Origin: Balanoglossus misakiensis
Taxonomy: Eukaryota > Animalia > Hemichordata
Direction of reading: 5' to 3'
Assembly (NCBI GenBank): GCA_040954595.2
Contig: CM082592.2
Location: 8,729,677-8,793,676 of the forward strand
Length of the DNA stretch: 64,000 nucleotides
The notes beneath the pieces were generated by a model. The model was given only the letters and a program-made list of their open reading frames with translations. It was not told the DNA's origin and did no database searches. How positions within the stretch are numbered: the first letter of the stretch is position 1; each line of letters begins with the position of its first letter. The translations under genes and the position numbers were made by a program. Positions 26,601-40,262 of this stretch are shown piece after piece.

Positions 26601-29600
26601 TTTCAAAATTTGGTCATTTTTTGAAAAAACCATGGGTTATAGCTCAGGAAAATGTTGAAAAATCGACGATTTTTCGACTTTTCGAATTTTCAAAATTTGG
26701 TCATTTTTTGAAAAAACCATGGGTTATAGCTCAGGAAAATGTTGAAAAATCGACGATTTTTCGACTTTTCGAATTTTCAAAATTTGGTCATTTTTTGAAA
26801 AAACCATGGGTTATAGCTCAGGAAAATGTTGAAAAATCGACGATTTTTCGACTTTTCGAATTTTCAAAATTTGGTCATTTTTTGAAAAAACCATGGGTTA
26901 TAGCTCAGGAAAATGTTGAAAAATCGACCATTTTTCGACTTTTCGAATTTTCAAAATTTGGTCATTTTTTGAAAAAACCATGGGTTATAGCTCAGGAAAA
27001 TGTTGAAAAATCGACCATTTTTCGACTTTTCGAATTTTCAAAATTTGGTCATTTTTTGAAAAAACCATGGGTTATAGCTCAGGAAAATGTTGAAAAATCG
27101 ACCATTTTTCGACTTTTCGAATTTTCAAAATTTGGTCATTTTTTGAAAAAACCATGGGTTATAGCTCAGGAAAATGTTGAAAAATCGACCATTTTTCGAC
27201 TTTTCGAATTTTCAAAATTTGGTCATTTTTTGAAAAAACCATGGGTTATAGCTCAGGAAAATGTTGAAAAATCGACCATTTTTCGACTTTTCGAATTTTC
27301 AAAATTTGGTCATTTTTTGAAAAAACCATGGGTTATAGCTCAGGAAAATGTTGAAAAATCGACGATTTTTCGACTTTTCGAATTTTCAAAATTTGGTCAT
27401 TTTTTGAAAAAACCATGGGTTATAGCTCAGGAAAATGTTGAAAAATCGACGATTTTTCGACTTTTCGAATTTTCAAAATTTGGTCATTTTTTGAAAAAAC
27501 CATGGGTTATAGCTCAGGAAAATGTTGAAAAATCGACGATTTTTCGACTTTTCGAATTTTCAAAATTTGGTCATTTTTTGAAAAAACCATGGGTTATAGC
27601 TCAGGAAAATGTTGAAAAATCGACCATTTTTCGACTTTTCGAATTTTCAAAATTTGGTCATTTTTTGAAAAAACCATGGGTTATAGCTCAGGAAAATGTT
27701 GAAAAATCGACCATTTTTCGACTTTTCGAATTTTCAAAATTTGGTCATTTTTTGAAAAAACCATGGGTTATAGCTCAGGAAAATGTTGAAAAATCGACGA
27801 TTTTTCGACTTTTCGAATTTTCAAAATTTGGTCATTTTTTTGAAAAAACCATGGGTTATAGCTCAGGAAAATGTTGAAAAATCGACGATTTTTCGACTTT
27901 TCGAATTTTCAAAATTTGGTCATTTTTTGAAAAAACCATGGGTTATAGCTGAGGAAAATGTTGAAAAATCGACGATTTTTCGACTTTTCGAATTTTCAAA
28001 ATTTGGTCATTTTTTGAAAAAACCATGGGTTATAGCTGAGGAAAATGTTGAAAAATCGACGATTTTTCGACTTTTCGAATTTTCAAAATTTGGTCATTTT
28101 TTGAAAAAACCATGGGTTATAGCTGAGGAAAATGTTGAAAAATCGACCATTTTTCGACTTTTCGAATTTTCAAAATTTGGTCATTTTTTGAAAAAACCAT
28201 GGGTTATAGCTGAGGAAAATGTTGAAAAATCGACCATTTTTCGACTTTTCGAATTTTCAAAATTTGGTCATTTTTTGAAAAAACCATGGGTTATAGCTGA
28301 GGAAAATGTTGAAAAATCGACCATTTTTCGACTTTTCGAATTTTCAAAATTTGGTCATTTTTTGAAAAAACCATGGGTTATAGCTCAGGAAAATGTTGAA
28401 AAATCGACGATTTTTCGACTTTTCGAATTTTCAAAATTTGGTCATTTTTTGAAAAAACCATGGGTTATAGCTCAGGAAAATGTTGAAAAATCGACGATTT
28501 TTCGACTTTTCGAATTTTCAAAATTTGGTCATTTTTTGAAAAAACCATGGGTTATAGCTCAGGAAAATGTTGAAAAATCGACCATTTTTCGACTTTTCGA
28601 ATTTTCAAAATTTGGTCATTTTTTGAAAAAACCATGGGTTATAGCTCAGGAAAATGTTGAAAAATCGACCATTTTTCGACTTTTCGAATTTTCAAAATTT
28701 GGTCATTTTTTGAAAAAACCATGGGTTATAGCTCAGGAAAATGTTGAAAAATCGACCATTTTTCGACTTTTCGAATTTTCAAAATTTGGTCATTTTTTGA
28801 AAAAACCATGGGTTATAGCTCAGGAAAATGTTGAAAAATCGACCATTTTTCGACTTTTCGAATTTTCAAAATTTGGTCATTTTTTGAAAAAACCATGGGT
28901 TATAGCTCAGGAAAATGTTGAAAAATCGACGATTTTTCGACTTTTCGAATTTTCAAAATTTGGTCATTTTTTGAAAAAACCATGGGTTATAGCTCAGGAA
29001 AATGTTGAAAAATCGACGATTTTTCGACTTTTCGAATTTTCAAAATTTGGTCATTTTTTGAAAAAACCATGGGTTATAGCTCACGAAAATGTTGAAAAAT
29101 CGACGATTTTTCGACTTTTCGAATTTTCAAAATTTGGTCATTTTTTGAAAAAACCATGGGTTATAGCTCAGGAAAATGTTGAAAAATCGACGATTTTTCG
29201 ACTTTCGAATTTTCAAAATTTGGTCATTTTTTGAAAAAACCATGGGTTATAGCTCAGGAAAATGTTGAAAAATCGACCATTTTTCGACTTTTAGAATTTT
29301 CAAAATTTGGTCATTTTTTGAAAAAACCATGGGTTATAGCTCAGGAAAATGTTGAAAAATCGACCATTTTTCGACTTTTCGAATTTTCAAAATTTGGTCA
29401 TTTTTTGAAAAAACCATGGGTTATAGCTCAGGAAAATGTTGAAAAATCGACGATTTTTCGACTTTTCGAATTTTCAAAATTTGGTCATTTTTTGAAAAAA
29501 CCATGGGTTATAGCTCAGGAAAATGTTGAAAAATCGACGATTTTTCGACTTTTCGAATTTTCAAAATTTGGTCATTTTTTGAAAAAACCATGGGTTATAG

Positions 29601-32600
29601 CTCAGGAAAATGTTGAAAAATCGACGATTTTTCGACTTTTCGAATTTTCAAAATTTGGTCATTTTTTGAAAAAACCATGGGTTATAGCTCAGGAAAATGT
29701 TGAAAAATCGACGATTTTTCGACTTTTCGAATTTTCAAAATTTGGTCATTTTTTTGAAAAAACCATGGGTTATAGCTCAGGAAAATGTTGAAAAATCGAC
29801 GATTTTTCGACTTTTCGAATTTTCAAAATTTGGTCATTTTTTTGAAAAAACCATGGGTTATAGCTCAGGAAAATGTTGAAAAATCGACGATTTTTCGACT
29901 TTTCGAATTTTCAAAATTTGGTCATTTTTTGAAAAAACCATGGGTTATAGCTCAGGAAAATGTTGAAAAATCGACGATTTTTCGACTTTTCGAATTTTCA
30001 AAATTTGGTCATTTTTTGAAAAAACCATGGGTTATAGCTCAGGAAAATGTTGAAAAATCGACGATTTTTCGACTTTTCGAATTTTCAAAATTTGGTCATT
30101 TTTTGAAAAAACCATGGGTTATAGCTCAGGAAAATGTTGAAAAATCGACCATTTTTCGACTTTTCGAATTTTCAAAATTTGGTCATTTTTTGAAAAAACC
30201 ATGGGTTATAGCTCAGGAAAATGTTGAAAAATCGACCATTTTTCGACTTTTCGAATTTTCAAAATTTGGTCATTTTTTGAAAAAACCATGGGTTATAGCT
30301 CAGGAAAATGTTGAAAAATCGACGATTTTTCGACTTTTCGAATTTTCAAAATTTGGTCATTTTTTGAAAAAACCATGGGTTATAGCTCAGGAAAATGTTG
30401 AAAAATCGACCATTTTTCGACTTTTCGAATTTTCAAAATTTGGTCATTTTTTTAAAAAACCATGGGTTATAGCTCAGGAAAATGTTGAAAAATCGACGAT
30501 TTTTCGACTTTTCGAATTTTCAAAATTTGGTCATTTTTTGAAAAAACCATGGGTTATAGCTCAGGAAAATGTTGAAAAATCGACGATTTTTCGACTTTTC
30601 GAATTTTCAAAATTTGGTCATTTTTTGAAAAAACCATGGGTTATAGCTCAGGAAAATGTTGAAAAATCGACGATTTTTCGACTTTTCGAATTTTCAAAAT
30701 TTGGTCATTTTTTGAAAAAACCATGGGTTATAGCTCAGGAAAATGTTGAAAAATCGACGATTTTTCGACTTTTCGAATTTTCAAAATTTGGTCATTTTTT
30801 GAAAAAACCATGGGTTATAGCTCAGGAAAATGTTGAAAAATCGACGATTTTTCGACTTTTCGAATTTTCAAAATTTGGTCATTTTTTTGAAAAAACCATG
30901 GGTTATAGCTCAGGAAAATGTTGAAAAATCGACGATTTTTCGACTTTTCGAATTTTCAAAATTTGGTCATTTTTTGAAAAAACCATGGGTTATAGCTCAG
31001 GAAAATGTTGAAAAATCGACGATTTTTCGACTTTTCGAATTTTCAAAATTTGGTCATTTTTTGAAAAAAACCATGGGTTATAGCTCAGGAAAATGTTGAA
31101 AAATCGACGATTTTTCGACTTTACGAATTTTCAAAATTTGGTCATTTTTTGAAAAAAACATGGGTTATAGCTCAGGAAAATGTTGAAAAATCGACCATTT
31201 TTCGACTTTTCGACTTTTCAAAATTTGGTCATTTTTTGAAAAAACCATGGGTTATAGCTCAGGAAAATGTTGAAAAATCGACGATTTTTCGACTTTTCGA
31301 ATTTTCAGAATTTGGTCATTTTTTGAAAAAACCATGGGTTATAGCTCAGGAAAATGTTGAAAAATCGACGATTTTTCGACTTTTCGAATTTTCAAAATTT
31401 GGTCATTTTTTGAAAAAACCATGGGTTATAGCTCAGGAAAATGTTGAAAAATCGACCATTTTTCGACTTTTAGAATTTTCAAAATTTGGTCATTTTTTGA
31501 AAAAACCATGGGTTATAGCTCAGGAAAATGTTGAAAAATCGACCATTTTTCGACTTTTAGAATTTTCAAAATTTGGTCATTTTTTGAAAAAACCATGGGT
31601 TATAGCTCAGGAAAATGTTGAAAAATCGACGATTTTTCGACTTTTCGAATTTTCAAAATTTGGTCATTTTTTGAAAAAACCATGGGTTATAGCTCAGGAA
31701 AATGTTGAAAAATCGACGATTTTTCGACTTTTCGAATTTTCAAAATTTGGTCATTTTTTGAAAAAACCATGGGTTATAGCTCAGGAAAATGTTGAAAAAT
31801 CGACGATTTTTCGACTTTTCGAATTTTCAAAATTTGGTCATTTTTTGAAAAAACCATGGGTTATAGCTCAGGAAAATGTTGAAAAATCGACGATTTTTCG
31901 ACTTTTCGAATTTTCAAAATTTGGTCATTTTTTGAAAAAACCATGGGTTATAGCTCAGGAAAATGTTGAAAAATCGACGATTTTTCGACTTTTCGAATTT
32001 TCAAAATTTGGTCATTTTTTTGAAAAAACCATGGGTTATAGCTCAGGAAAATGTTGAAAAATCGACGATTTTTCGACTTTTCGAATTTTCAAAATTTGGT
32101 CATTTTTTTGAAAAAACCATGGGTTATAGCTCAGGAAAATGTTGAAAAATCGACGATTTTTCGACTTTTCGAATTTTCAAAATTTGGTCATTTTTTGAAA
32201 AAACCATGGGTTATAGCTCAGGAAAATGTTGAAAAATCGACGATTTTTCGACTTTTCGAATTTTCAAAATTTGGTCATTTTTTGAAAAAACCATGGGTTA
32301 TAGCTCAGGAAAATGTTGAAAAATCGACGATTTTTCGACTTTTCGAATTTTCAAAATTTGGTCATTTTTTGAAAAAACTATGGGTTATAGCTCAGGAAAA
32401 TGTTGAAAAATCGACCATTTTTCGACTTTTCGAATTTTCAAAATTTGGTCATTTTTTGAAAAAACCATGGGTTATAGCTCAGGAAAATGTTGAAAAATCG
32501 ACCATTTTTCGACTTTTCGAATTTTCAAAATTTGGTCATTTTTTGAAAAAACCATGGGTTATAGCTCAGGAAAATGTTGAAAAATCGACCATTTTTCGAC

Positions 32601-35600
32601 TTTTCGAATTTTCAAAATTTGGTCATTTTTTTAAAAAACCATGGGTTATAGCTCAGGAAAATGTTGAAAAATCGACCATTTTTCGACTTTTCGAATTTTC
32701 AAAATTTGGTCATTTTTTTAAAAAACCATGGGTTATAGCTCAGGAAAATGTTGAAAAATCGACGATTTTTCGACTTTACGAATTTTCAAAATTTGGTCAT
32801 TTTTTGAAAAAACCATGGGTTATAGCTCAGGAAAATGTTGAAAAATCGACGATTTTTCGACTTTACGAATTTTCAAAATTTGGTCATTTTTTGAAAAAAC
32901 CATGGGTTATAGCTCAGGAAAATGTTGAAAAATCGACGATTTTTCGACTTTTCGAATTTTCAAAATTTGGTCATTTTTTGAAAAAACCATGGGTTATAGC
33001 TCAGGAAAATGTTGAAAAATCGACGATTTTTCGACTTTTCGAATTTTCAAAATTTGGTCATTTTTTGAAAAAACCATGGGTTATAGCTCAGGAAAATGTT
33101 GAAAAATCGACGATTTTTCGACTTTTCGAATTTTCAAAATTTGGTCATTTTTTTAAAAAACCATGGGTTATAGCTCAGGAAAATGTTGAAAAATCGACGA
33201 TTTTTAGACTTTTCGAATTTTCAAAATTTGGTCATTTTTTTGAAAAAACCATGGGTTATAGCTCAGGAAAATGTTGAAAAATCGACGATTTTTCGACTTT
33301 TCGAATTTTCAAAATTTGGTCATTTTTTGAAAAAACCATGGGTTATAGCTCAGGAAAATGTTGAAAAATCGACGATTTTTCGACTTTTCGAATTTTCAAA
33401 ATTTGGTCATTTTTTGAAAAAACCATGGGTTATAGCTCAGGAAAATGTTGAAAAATCGACGATTTTTCGACTTTTCGAATTTTCAAAATTTGGTCATTTT
33501 TTGAAAAAAACCATGGGTTATAGCTCAGGAAAATGTTGAAAAATCGACGATTTTTCGACTTTACGAATTTTCAAAATTTGGTCATTTTTTGAAAAAAACA
33601 TGGGTTATAGCTCAGGAAAATGTTGAAAAATCGACGATTTTTCGACTTTTCGACTTTTCAAAATTTGGTCATTTTTTGAAAAAACCATGGGTTATAGCTC
33701 AGGAAAATGTTGAAAAATCGACGATTTTTCGACTTTTCGAATTTTCAAAATTTGGTCATTTTTTGAAAAAACCATGGGTTATAGCTCAGGAAAATGTTGA
33801 AAAATCGACCATTTTTCGACTTTTCGAATTTTCAAAATTTGGTCATTTTTTGTAAAAACCATGGGTTATAGCTCAGGAAAATGTTGAAAAATCGACCATT
33901 TTTCGACTTTTCGAATTTTCAAAATTTGGTCATTTTTTGAAAAAACCATGGGTTATAGCTCAGGAAAATGTTGAAAAATCGACCATTTTTCGACTTTTCG
34001 AATTTTCAAAATTTGGTCATTTTTTGAAAAAACCATGGGTTATAGCTCAGGAAAATGTTGAAAAATCGACCATTTTTCGACTTTTCGAATTTTCAAAATT
34101 TGGTCATTTTTTGAAAAAACCATGGGTTATAGCTCAGGAAAATGTTGAAAAATCGACCATTTTTCGACTTTTCGAATTTTCAAAATTTGGTCATTTTTTG
34201 AAAAAACCATGGGTTATAGCTCAGGAAAATGTTGAAAAATCGACCATTTTTCGACTTTTCGAATTTTCAAAATTTGGTCATTTTTTGAAAAAACCATGGG
34301 TTATAGCTCAGGAAAATGTTGAAAAATCGACCATTTTTCGACTTTTCGAATTTTCAAAATTTGGTCATTTTTTGAAAAAACCATGGGTTATAGCTCAGGA
34401 AAATGTTGAAAAATCGACGATTTTTCGACTTTTCGAATTTTCAAAATTTGGTCATTTTTTGAAAAAACCATGGGTTATAGCTCAGGAAAATGTTGAAAAA
34501 TCGACCATTTTTCGACTTTTCGAATTTTCAAAATTTGGTCATTTTTTGAAAAAAACATGGGTTATAGCTCAGGAAAATGTTGAAAAATCGACCATTTTTC
34601 GACTTTTCGAATTTTCAAAATTTGGTCATTTTTTGAAAAAACCATGGGTTATAGCTCAGGAAAATGTTGAAAAATCGACCATTTTTCGACTTTTCGAATT
34701 TTTAAAATTTGGTCATTTTTTGAAAAAAACCATGGGTTATAGCTCAGGAAAATGTTGAAAAATCGACCATTTTTCGACTTTTCGAATTTTCAAAATTTGG
34801 TCATTTTTTGAAAAAAAACATGGGTTATAGCTCAGGAAAATGTTGAAAAATCGACGATTTTTCGAATTTTTAAAATTTGGTCATTTTTTGAAAAAAAACA
34901 TGGGTTATAGCTCAGGAAAATGTTGAAAAATCGACGATTTTTCGACTTTGCGAATTTTCAAAATTTGGTCATTTTTTGAAAAAACCATGGGTTATAGCTC
35001 AGGAAAATGTTGAAAAATCGACGATTTTCCGACTTTCCGAATTTCCAAAATTTGGTCATTTTTTGAAAAAACCATGGGTTATAGCTCAGGAAAATGTTGA
35101 AAAATCGACGATTTTTCGACTTTTCGAATTTTCAAAATTTGGTCATTTTTTTGAAAAAACCATGGGTTATAGCTCAGGAAAATGTTGAAAAATCGACGAT
35201 TTTTCGACTTTTCGAATTTTCAAAATTTGGTCATTTTTTGAAAAAACCATGGGTTATAGCTCAGGAAAATGTTGAAAAATCGACGATTTTTCGACTTTTC
35301 GAATTTTCAAAATTTGGTCATTTTTTGAAAAAACCATGGGTTATAGCTCAGGAAAATGTTGAAAAATCGACGATTTTTCGACTTTTCGAATTTTCAAAAT
35401 TTGGTCATTTTTTGAAAAAACTATGGGTTATAGCTCAGGAAAATGTTGAAAAATCGACCATTTTTCGACTTTTCGAATTTTCAAAATTTGGTCATTTTTT
35501 GAAAAAACCATGGGTTATAGCTCAGGAAAATGTTGAAAAATCGACCATTTTTCGACTTTTCGAATTTTCAAAATTTGGTCATTTTTTGAAAAAACCATGG

Positions 35601-38600
35601 GTTATAGCTCAGGAAAATGTTGAAAAATCGACGATTTTTCGACTTTTCGAATTTTCAAAATTTGGTCATTTTTTGAAAAAACCATGGGTTATAGCTCAGG
35701 AAAATGTTGAAAAATCGACCATTTTTCGACTTTTCGAATTTTCAAAATTTGGTCATTTTTTTAAAAAACCATGGGTTATAGCTCAGGAAAATGTTGAAAA
35801 ATCGACCATTTTTCGACTTTTCGAATTTTCAAAATTTGGTCATTTTTTGAAAAAACCATGGGTTATAGCTCAGGAAAATGTTGAAAAATCGACGATTTTT
35901 CGACTTTACGAATTTTCAAAATTTGGTCATTTTTTGAAAAAACCATGGGTTATAGCTCAGGAAAATGTTGAAAAATCGACGATTTTTCGACTTTACGAAT
36001 TTTCAAAATTTGGTCATTTTTTGAAAAAACCATGGGTTATAGCTCAGGAAAATGTTGAAAAATCGACGATTTTTCGACTTTTCGAATTTTCAAAATTTGG
36101 TCATTTTTTGAAAAAACCATGGGTTATAGCTCAGGAAAATGTTGAAAAATCGACGATTTTTCGACTTTTCGAATTTTCAAAATTTGGTCATTTTTTGAAA
36201 AAACCATGGGTTATAGCTCAGGAAAATGTTGAAAAATCGACGATTTTTCGACTTTTCGAATTTTCAAAATTTGGTCATTTTTTGAAAAAACCATGGGTTA
36301 TAGCTCAGGAAAATGTTGAAAAATCGACCATTTTTCGACTTTTCGAATTTTCAAAATTTGGTCATTTTTTTGAAAAAACCATGGGTTATAGCTCAGGAAA
36401 ATGTTGAAAAATCGACGATTTTTCGACTTTTCGAATTTTCAAAATTTGGTCATTTTTTGAAAAAACCATGGGTTATAGCTCAGGAAAATGTTGAAAAATC
36501 GACGATTTTTCGACTTTTCGAATTTTCAAAATTTGGTCATTTTTTGAAAAAACCATGGGTTATAGCTCAGGAAAATGTTGAAAAATCGACGATTTTTCGA
36601 CTTTTCGAATTTTCAAAATTTGGTCATTTTTTGAAAAAAACCATGGGTTATAGCTCAGGAACATGTTGAAAAATCGACGATTTTTCGACTTTACGAATTT
36701 TCAAAATTTGGTCATTTTTTGAAAAAAACATGGGTTATAGCTCAGGAAAATGTTGAAAAATCGACGATTTTTCGACTTTTCGACTTTTCAAAATTTGGTC
36801 ATTTTTTGAAAAAACCATGGGTTATAGCTCAGGAAAATGTTGAAAAATCGACCATTTTTCGACTTTTCGAATTTTCAAAATTTGGTCATTTTTTGAAAAA
36901 ACCATGGGTTATAGCTCAGGAAAATGTTGAAAAATCGACCATTTTTCGACTTTTCGAATTTTCAAAATTTGGTCATTTTTTGAAAAAACCATGGGTTATA
37001 GCTCAGGAAAATGTTGAAAAATCGACCATTTTTCGACTTTTCGAATTTTCAAAATTTGGTCATTTTTTGAAAAAACCATGGGTTATAGCTCAGGAAAATG
37101 TTGAAAAATCGACGATTTTTCGACTTTTCGAATTTTCAAAATTTGGTCATTTTTTGAAAAAACCATGGGTTATAGCTCAGGAAAATGTTGAAAAATCGAC
37201 GATTTTTCGACTTTTCGAATTTTCAAAATTTGGTCATTTTTTGAAAAAACCATGGGTTATAGCTCAGGAAAATGTTGAAAAATCGACCATTTTTCGACTT
37301 TTCGAATTTTCAAAATTTGGTCATTTTTTGAAAAAACCATGGGTTATAGCTCAGGAAAATGTTGAAAAATCGACCATTTTTCGACTTTTCGAATTTTCAA
37401 AATTTGGTCATTTTTTGAAAAAACCATGGGTTATAGCTCAGGAAAATGTTGAAAAATCGACCATTTTTCGACTTTTCGAATTTTCAAAATTTGGTCATTT
37501 TTTGAAAAAACCATGGGTTATAGCTCAGGAAAATGTTGAAAAATCGACGATTTTTCGACTTTTCGAATTTTCAAAATTTGGTCATTTTTTGAAAAAAACA
37601 TGGGTTATAGCTCAGGAAAATGTTGAAAAATCGACCATTTTTCGACTTTTCGAATTTTCAAAATTTGGTCATTTTTTGAAAAAACCATGGGTTATAGCTC
37701 AGGAAAATGTTGAAAAATCGACCATTTTTCGACTTTTCGAATTTTTAAAATTTGGTCATTTTTTGAAAAAAACCATGGGTTATAGCTCAGGAAAATGTTG
37801 AAAAATCGACCATTTTTCAACTTTTCGAATTTTCAAAATTTGGTCATTTTTTGAAAAAAACCATGGGTTATAGCTCAGGAAAATGTTGAAAAATCGACGA
37901 TTTTTCGAATTTTTAAAATTTGGTCATTTTTTGAAAAAAAACATGGGTTATAGCTCAGGAAAATGTTGAAAAATCGACGATTTTTCGACTTTGCGAATTT
38001 TCAAAATTTGGTCATTTTTTGAAAAAACCATGGGTTATAGCTCAGGAAAATGTTGAAAAATCGACGATTTTCCGACTTTCCGAATTTCCAAAATTTGGTC
38101 ATTTTTTGAAAAAACCATGGGTTATAGCTCAGGAAAATGTTGAAAAATCGACGATTTTTCGACTTTGCGAATTTTCAAAATTTGGTCATTTTTTGAAAAA
38201 ACCATGGGTTATAGCTCAGGAAAATGTTGAAAAATCGACGATTTTTCGACTTTGCGAATTTTCAAAATTTGGTCATTTTTTGAAAAAACCATGGGTTATA
38301 GCTCAGGAAAATGTTGAAAAATCGACGATTTTTCGAATTTTCAAAATTTGGTCATTTTTTGAAAAAACCATGGGTTATAGCTCAGGAAAATGTTGAAAAA
38401 TCGACGATATTTCGACTTTGCGAATTTTCAAAATTTGGTCATTTTTTGAAAAAAACATGGGTTATAGCTCAAGAAAATGTTGAAAAATCGACGACTTTTC
38501 GACTTTGCGAATTTTCAAAATTTGGTCATTTTTTGAAAAAAACATGGGTTAAAGCTCAGGAAAATCATCCAGAAATGACAATTTTTCGACTTTGCTAGAT

Positions 38601-38855
38601 TTCAAAATTTGGTCATTTTTTGAAAAAACCATGGGTTATATATAGCTCATGAAAATCATCCAGAAATGACAATTTTTCGACTTTGCGAGATTTCAAAATT
38701 TCTTCATTTTTTGAAAAAAAATCATGGGTTATAGCTCATGAAAATCATCCAAAAATGACAATTATTCGACTTTGCGAGATTTCAAAATTTGTTCATTTTT
38801 TGAAAAAAATCATGGGTTATAGCTCATGAAAATCATCCAAAAATGACAATTTTCG
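11661..38855. repeat. Satellite array, 87-bp monomer, ~312 head-to-tail copies (~27.2 kb)
   Basis: Core consensus catgggttatagctcaggaaaatgttgaaaaatcgac[c/g]atttttcgacttttcgaattttcaaaatttggtcattttttgaaaaaac repeats without interruption. Divergent monomers occupy 11661-12320 and ~38560-38855. Confidence 0.99.
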
Positions 38856-40262
38856 CAAACGCCCCCAACGGTGAAAAAGAAGGATTCCCACGACACCATA
38901 ATGACTAATGTAGGCTGCTATAACAATGACAAATAAACATCGAGCTAAAAATCAAATCCATGTCTTTAGTTAAAGGACAAAGTGGAAACGATTCAAGTTT
39001 CAAAACTACTATTATAAGCTTAGGAGTTACGTGTTGAGAAGGTCGGGAGGGGTCGAGCATTTTTCTATTAAACTTGAAATATTACCATAATCCTAGATAA
39101 ACCCACTCGTTTTTAGGTGAAATTCCCGAAGCGCTTAATCGGCTTTCTTCACCGGTTCAGCCATTATCTATATAATTCACCATTAGCATCAAGCAACTAC
39201 CAATTTACCATATCTTTTGCCGTCGCGATCGTTCATTGAAAAGACCGGGAAAGTTTTAACTCTCGTCGGAACAGGGGGCTTTAAGCTTGCGTCTACGTCA
39301 CGGTGTCAGGAAGCAGAGTTTGGCAGCAGCAATTCAAGTCGAAGAAATAACTTCAATACATATTAGAAAGAAAGAAATCATTGCAATTGAACTTAAAATA
39401 AAAAAAAACACAGCTGAAAAAATGTTGCCTGGCAAAGACGATGATCCGAAATAAAATTGCGGTCAATATTTTCTTTCGAACTACTTGAATTTTTAGTACG
39501 CGTGCGAAAATTGCAATTCAGAAGACCCATATGCTATTTCATGAATACTCCTGAAACATGGAATTTGGAGAATTTTAATCTATATTTTCACTTACACCTG
39601 CACCAACAATGAAGATATTGAATAGGTAAAAATACTGTATACACAACAGCATAGTCAAGGTATTTCGAGAGCACGGCTGCAATTGTCTCTTTAGCCGGAA
39701 CAACACAAATAATATTTTTTAAAGTTTGCATTCTTGCATAGTACGGTCTTTTTATCTCCCTCCTAAAAGGCGATGAACGATTGTTTATTTTTGGGTTAAG
39801 TCCTGACACGCTACAGTCAGAAAGAATACAAGGGAAGGAGTCTGGTATTAAAACACGTCAACAGTGCTATTATCCCTACAGTTTTGCAATCAGTCACGCA
39901 CTGATTAACCAGCAGGAATCGCGAAAAATGATCTCGCTCGACTTGCCAACTACGATGTATTCTAGTATCGCTCGACTCCAACTGAAGATGTCTGACTGTG
40001 CACTATTCTCCAAACCAAAGGTCGCTCTGTGTTCGAGTTCTGTAAAAAATAAAAAACACATAAAAAGTGTACGAGATATGCAATAATTGCCATTTTTCCA
40101 ATAATGCCAATAATTTGATATTAAACACATTAAAGCTATTTTTCGTTTCTTTCCGGGGGAGCGCACAAGCGACTTAAAATATCCCCTCATGCAGTCAGAC
40201 ACAGACAGAAAGCGAAAAAGAAAAGCAGATGACAGCAATTATAATAGACTGATTTATGCTAT

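Noticed and set aside
11683-38598. Long plus-strand ORFs (up to 854 aa) of repeated KKPWVIAQENVEKSTIFRLFEFSKFGHFL
   Set aside because: 87 bp is 29 codons and one frame happens to lack a stop. Frequent 1-bp and 8-bp indels shift the frame and are carried along in duplications. No splice signals or unique domains are present.
11661-38855. CRISPR array interpretation
   Set aside because: No unique spacers, no cas genes, and a eukaryotic context.
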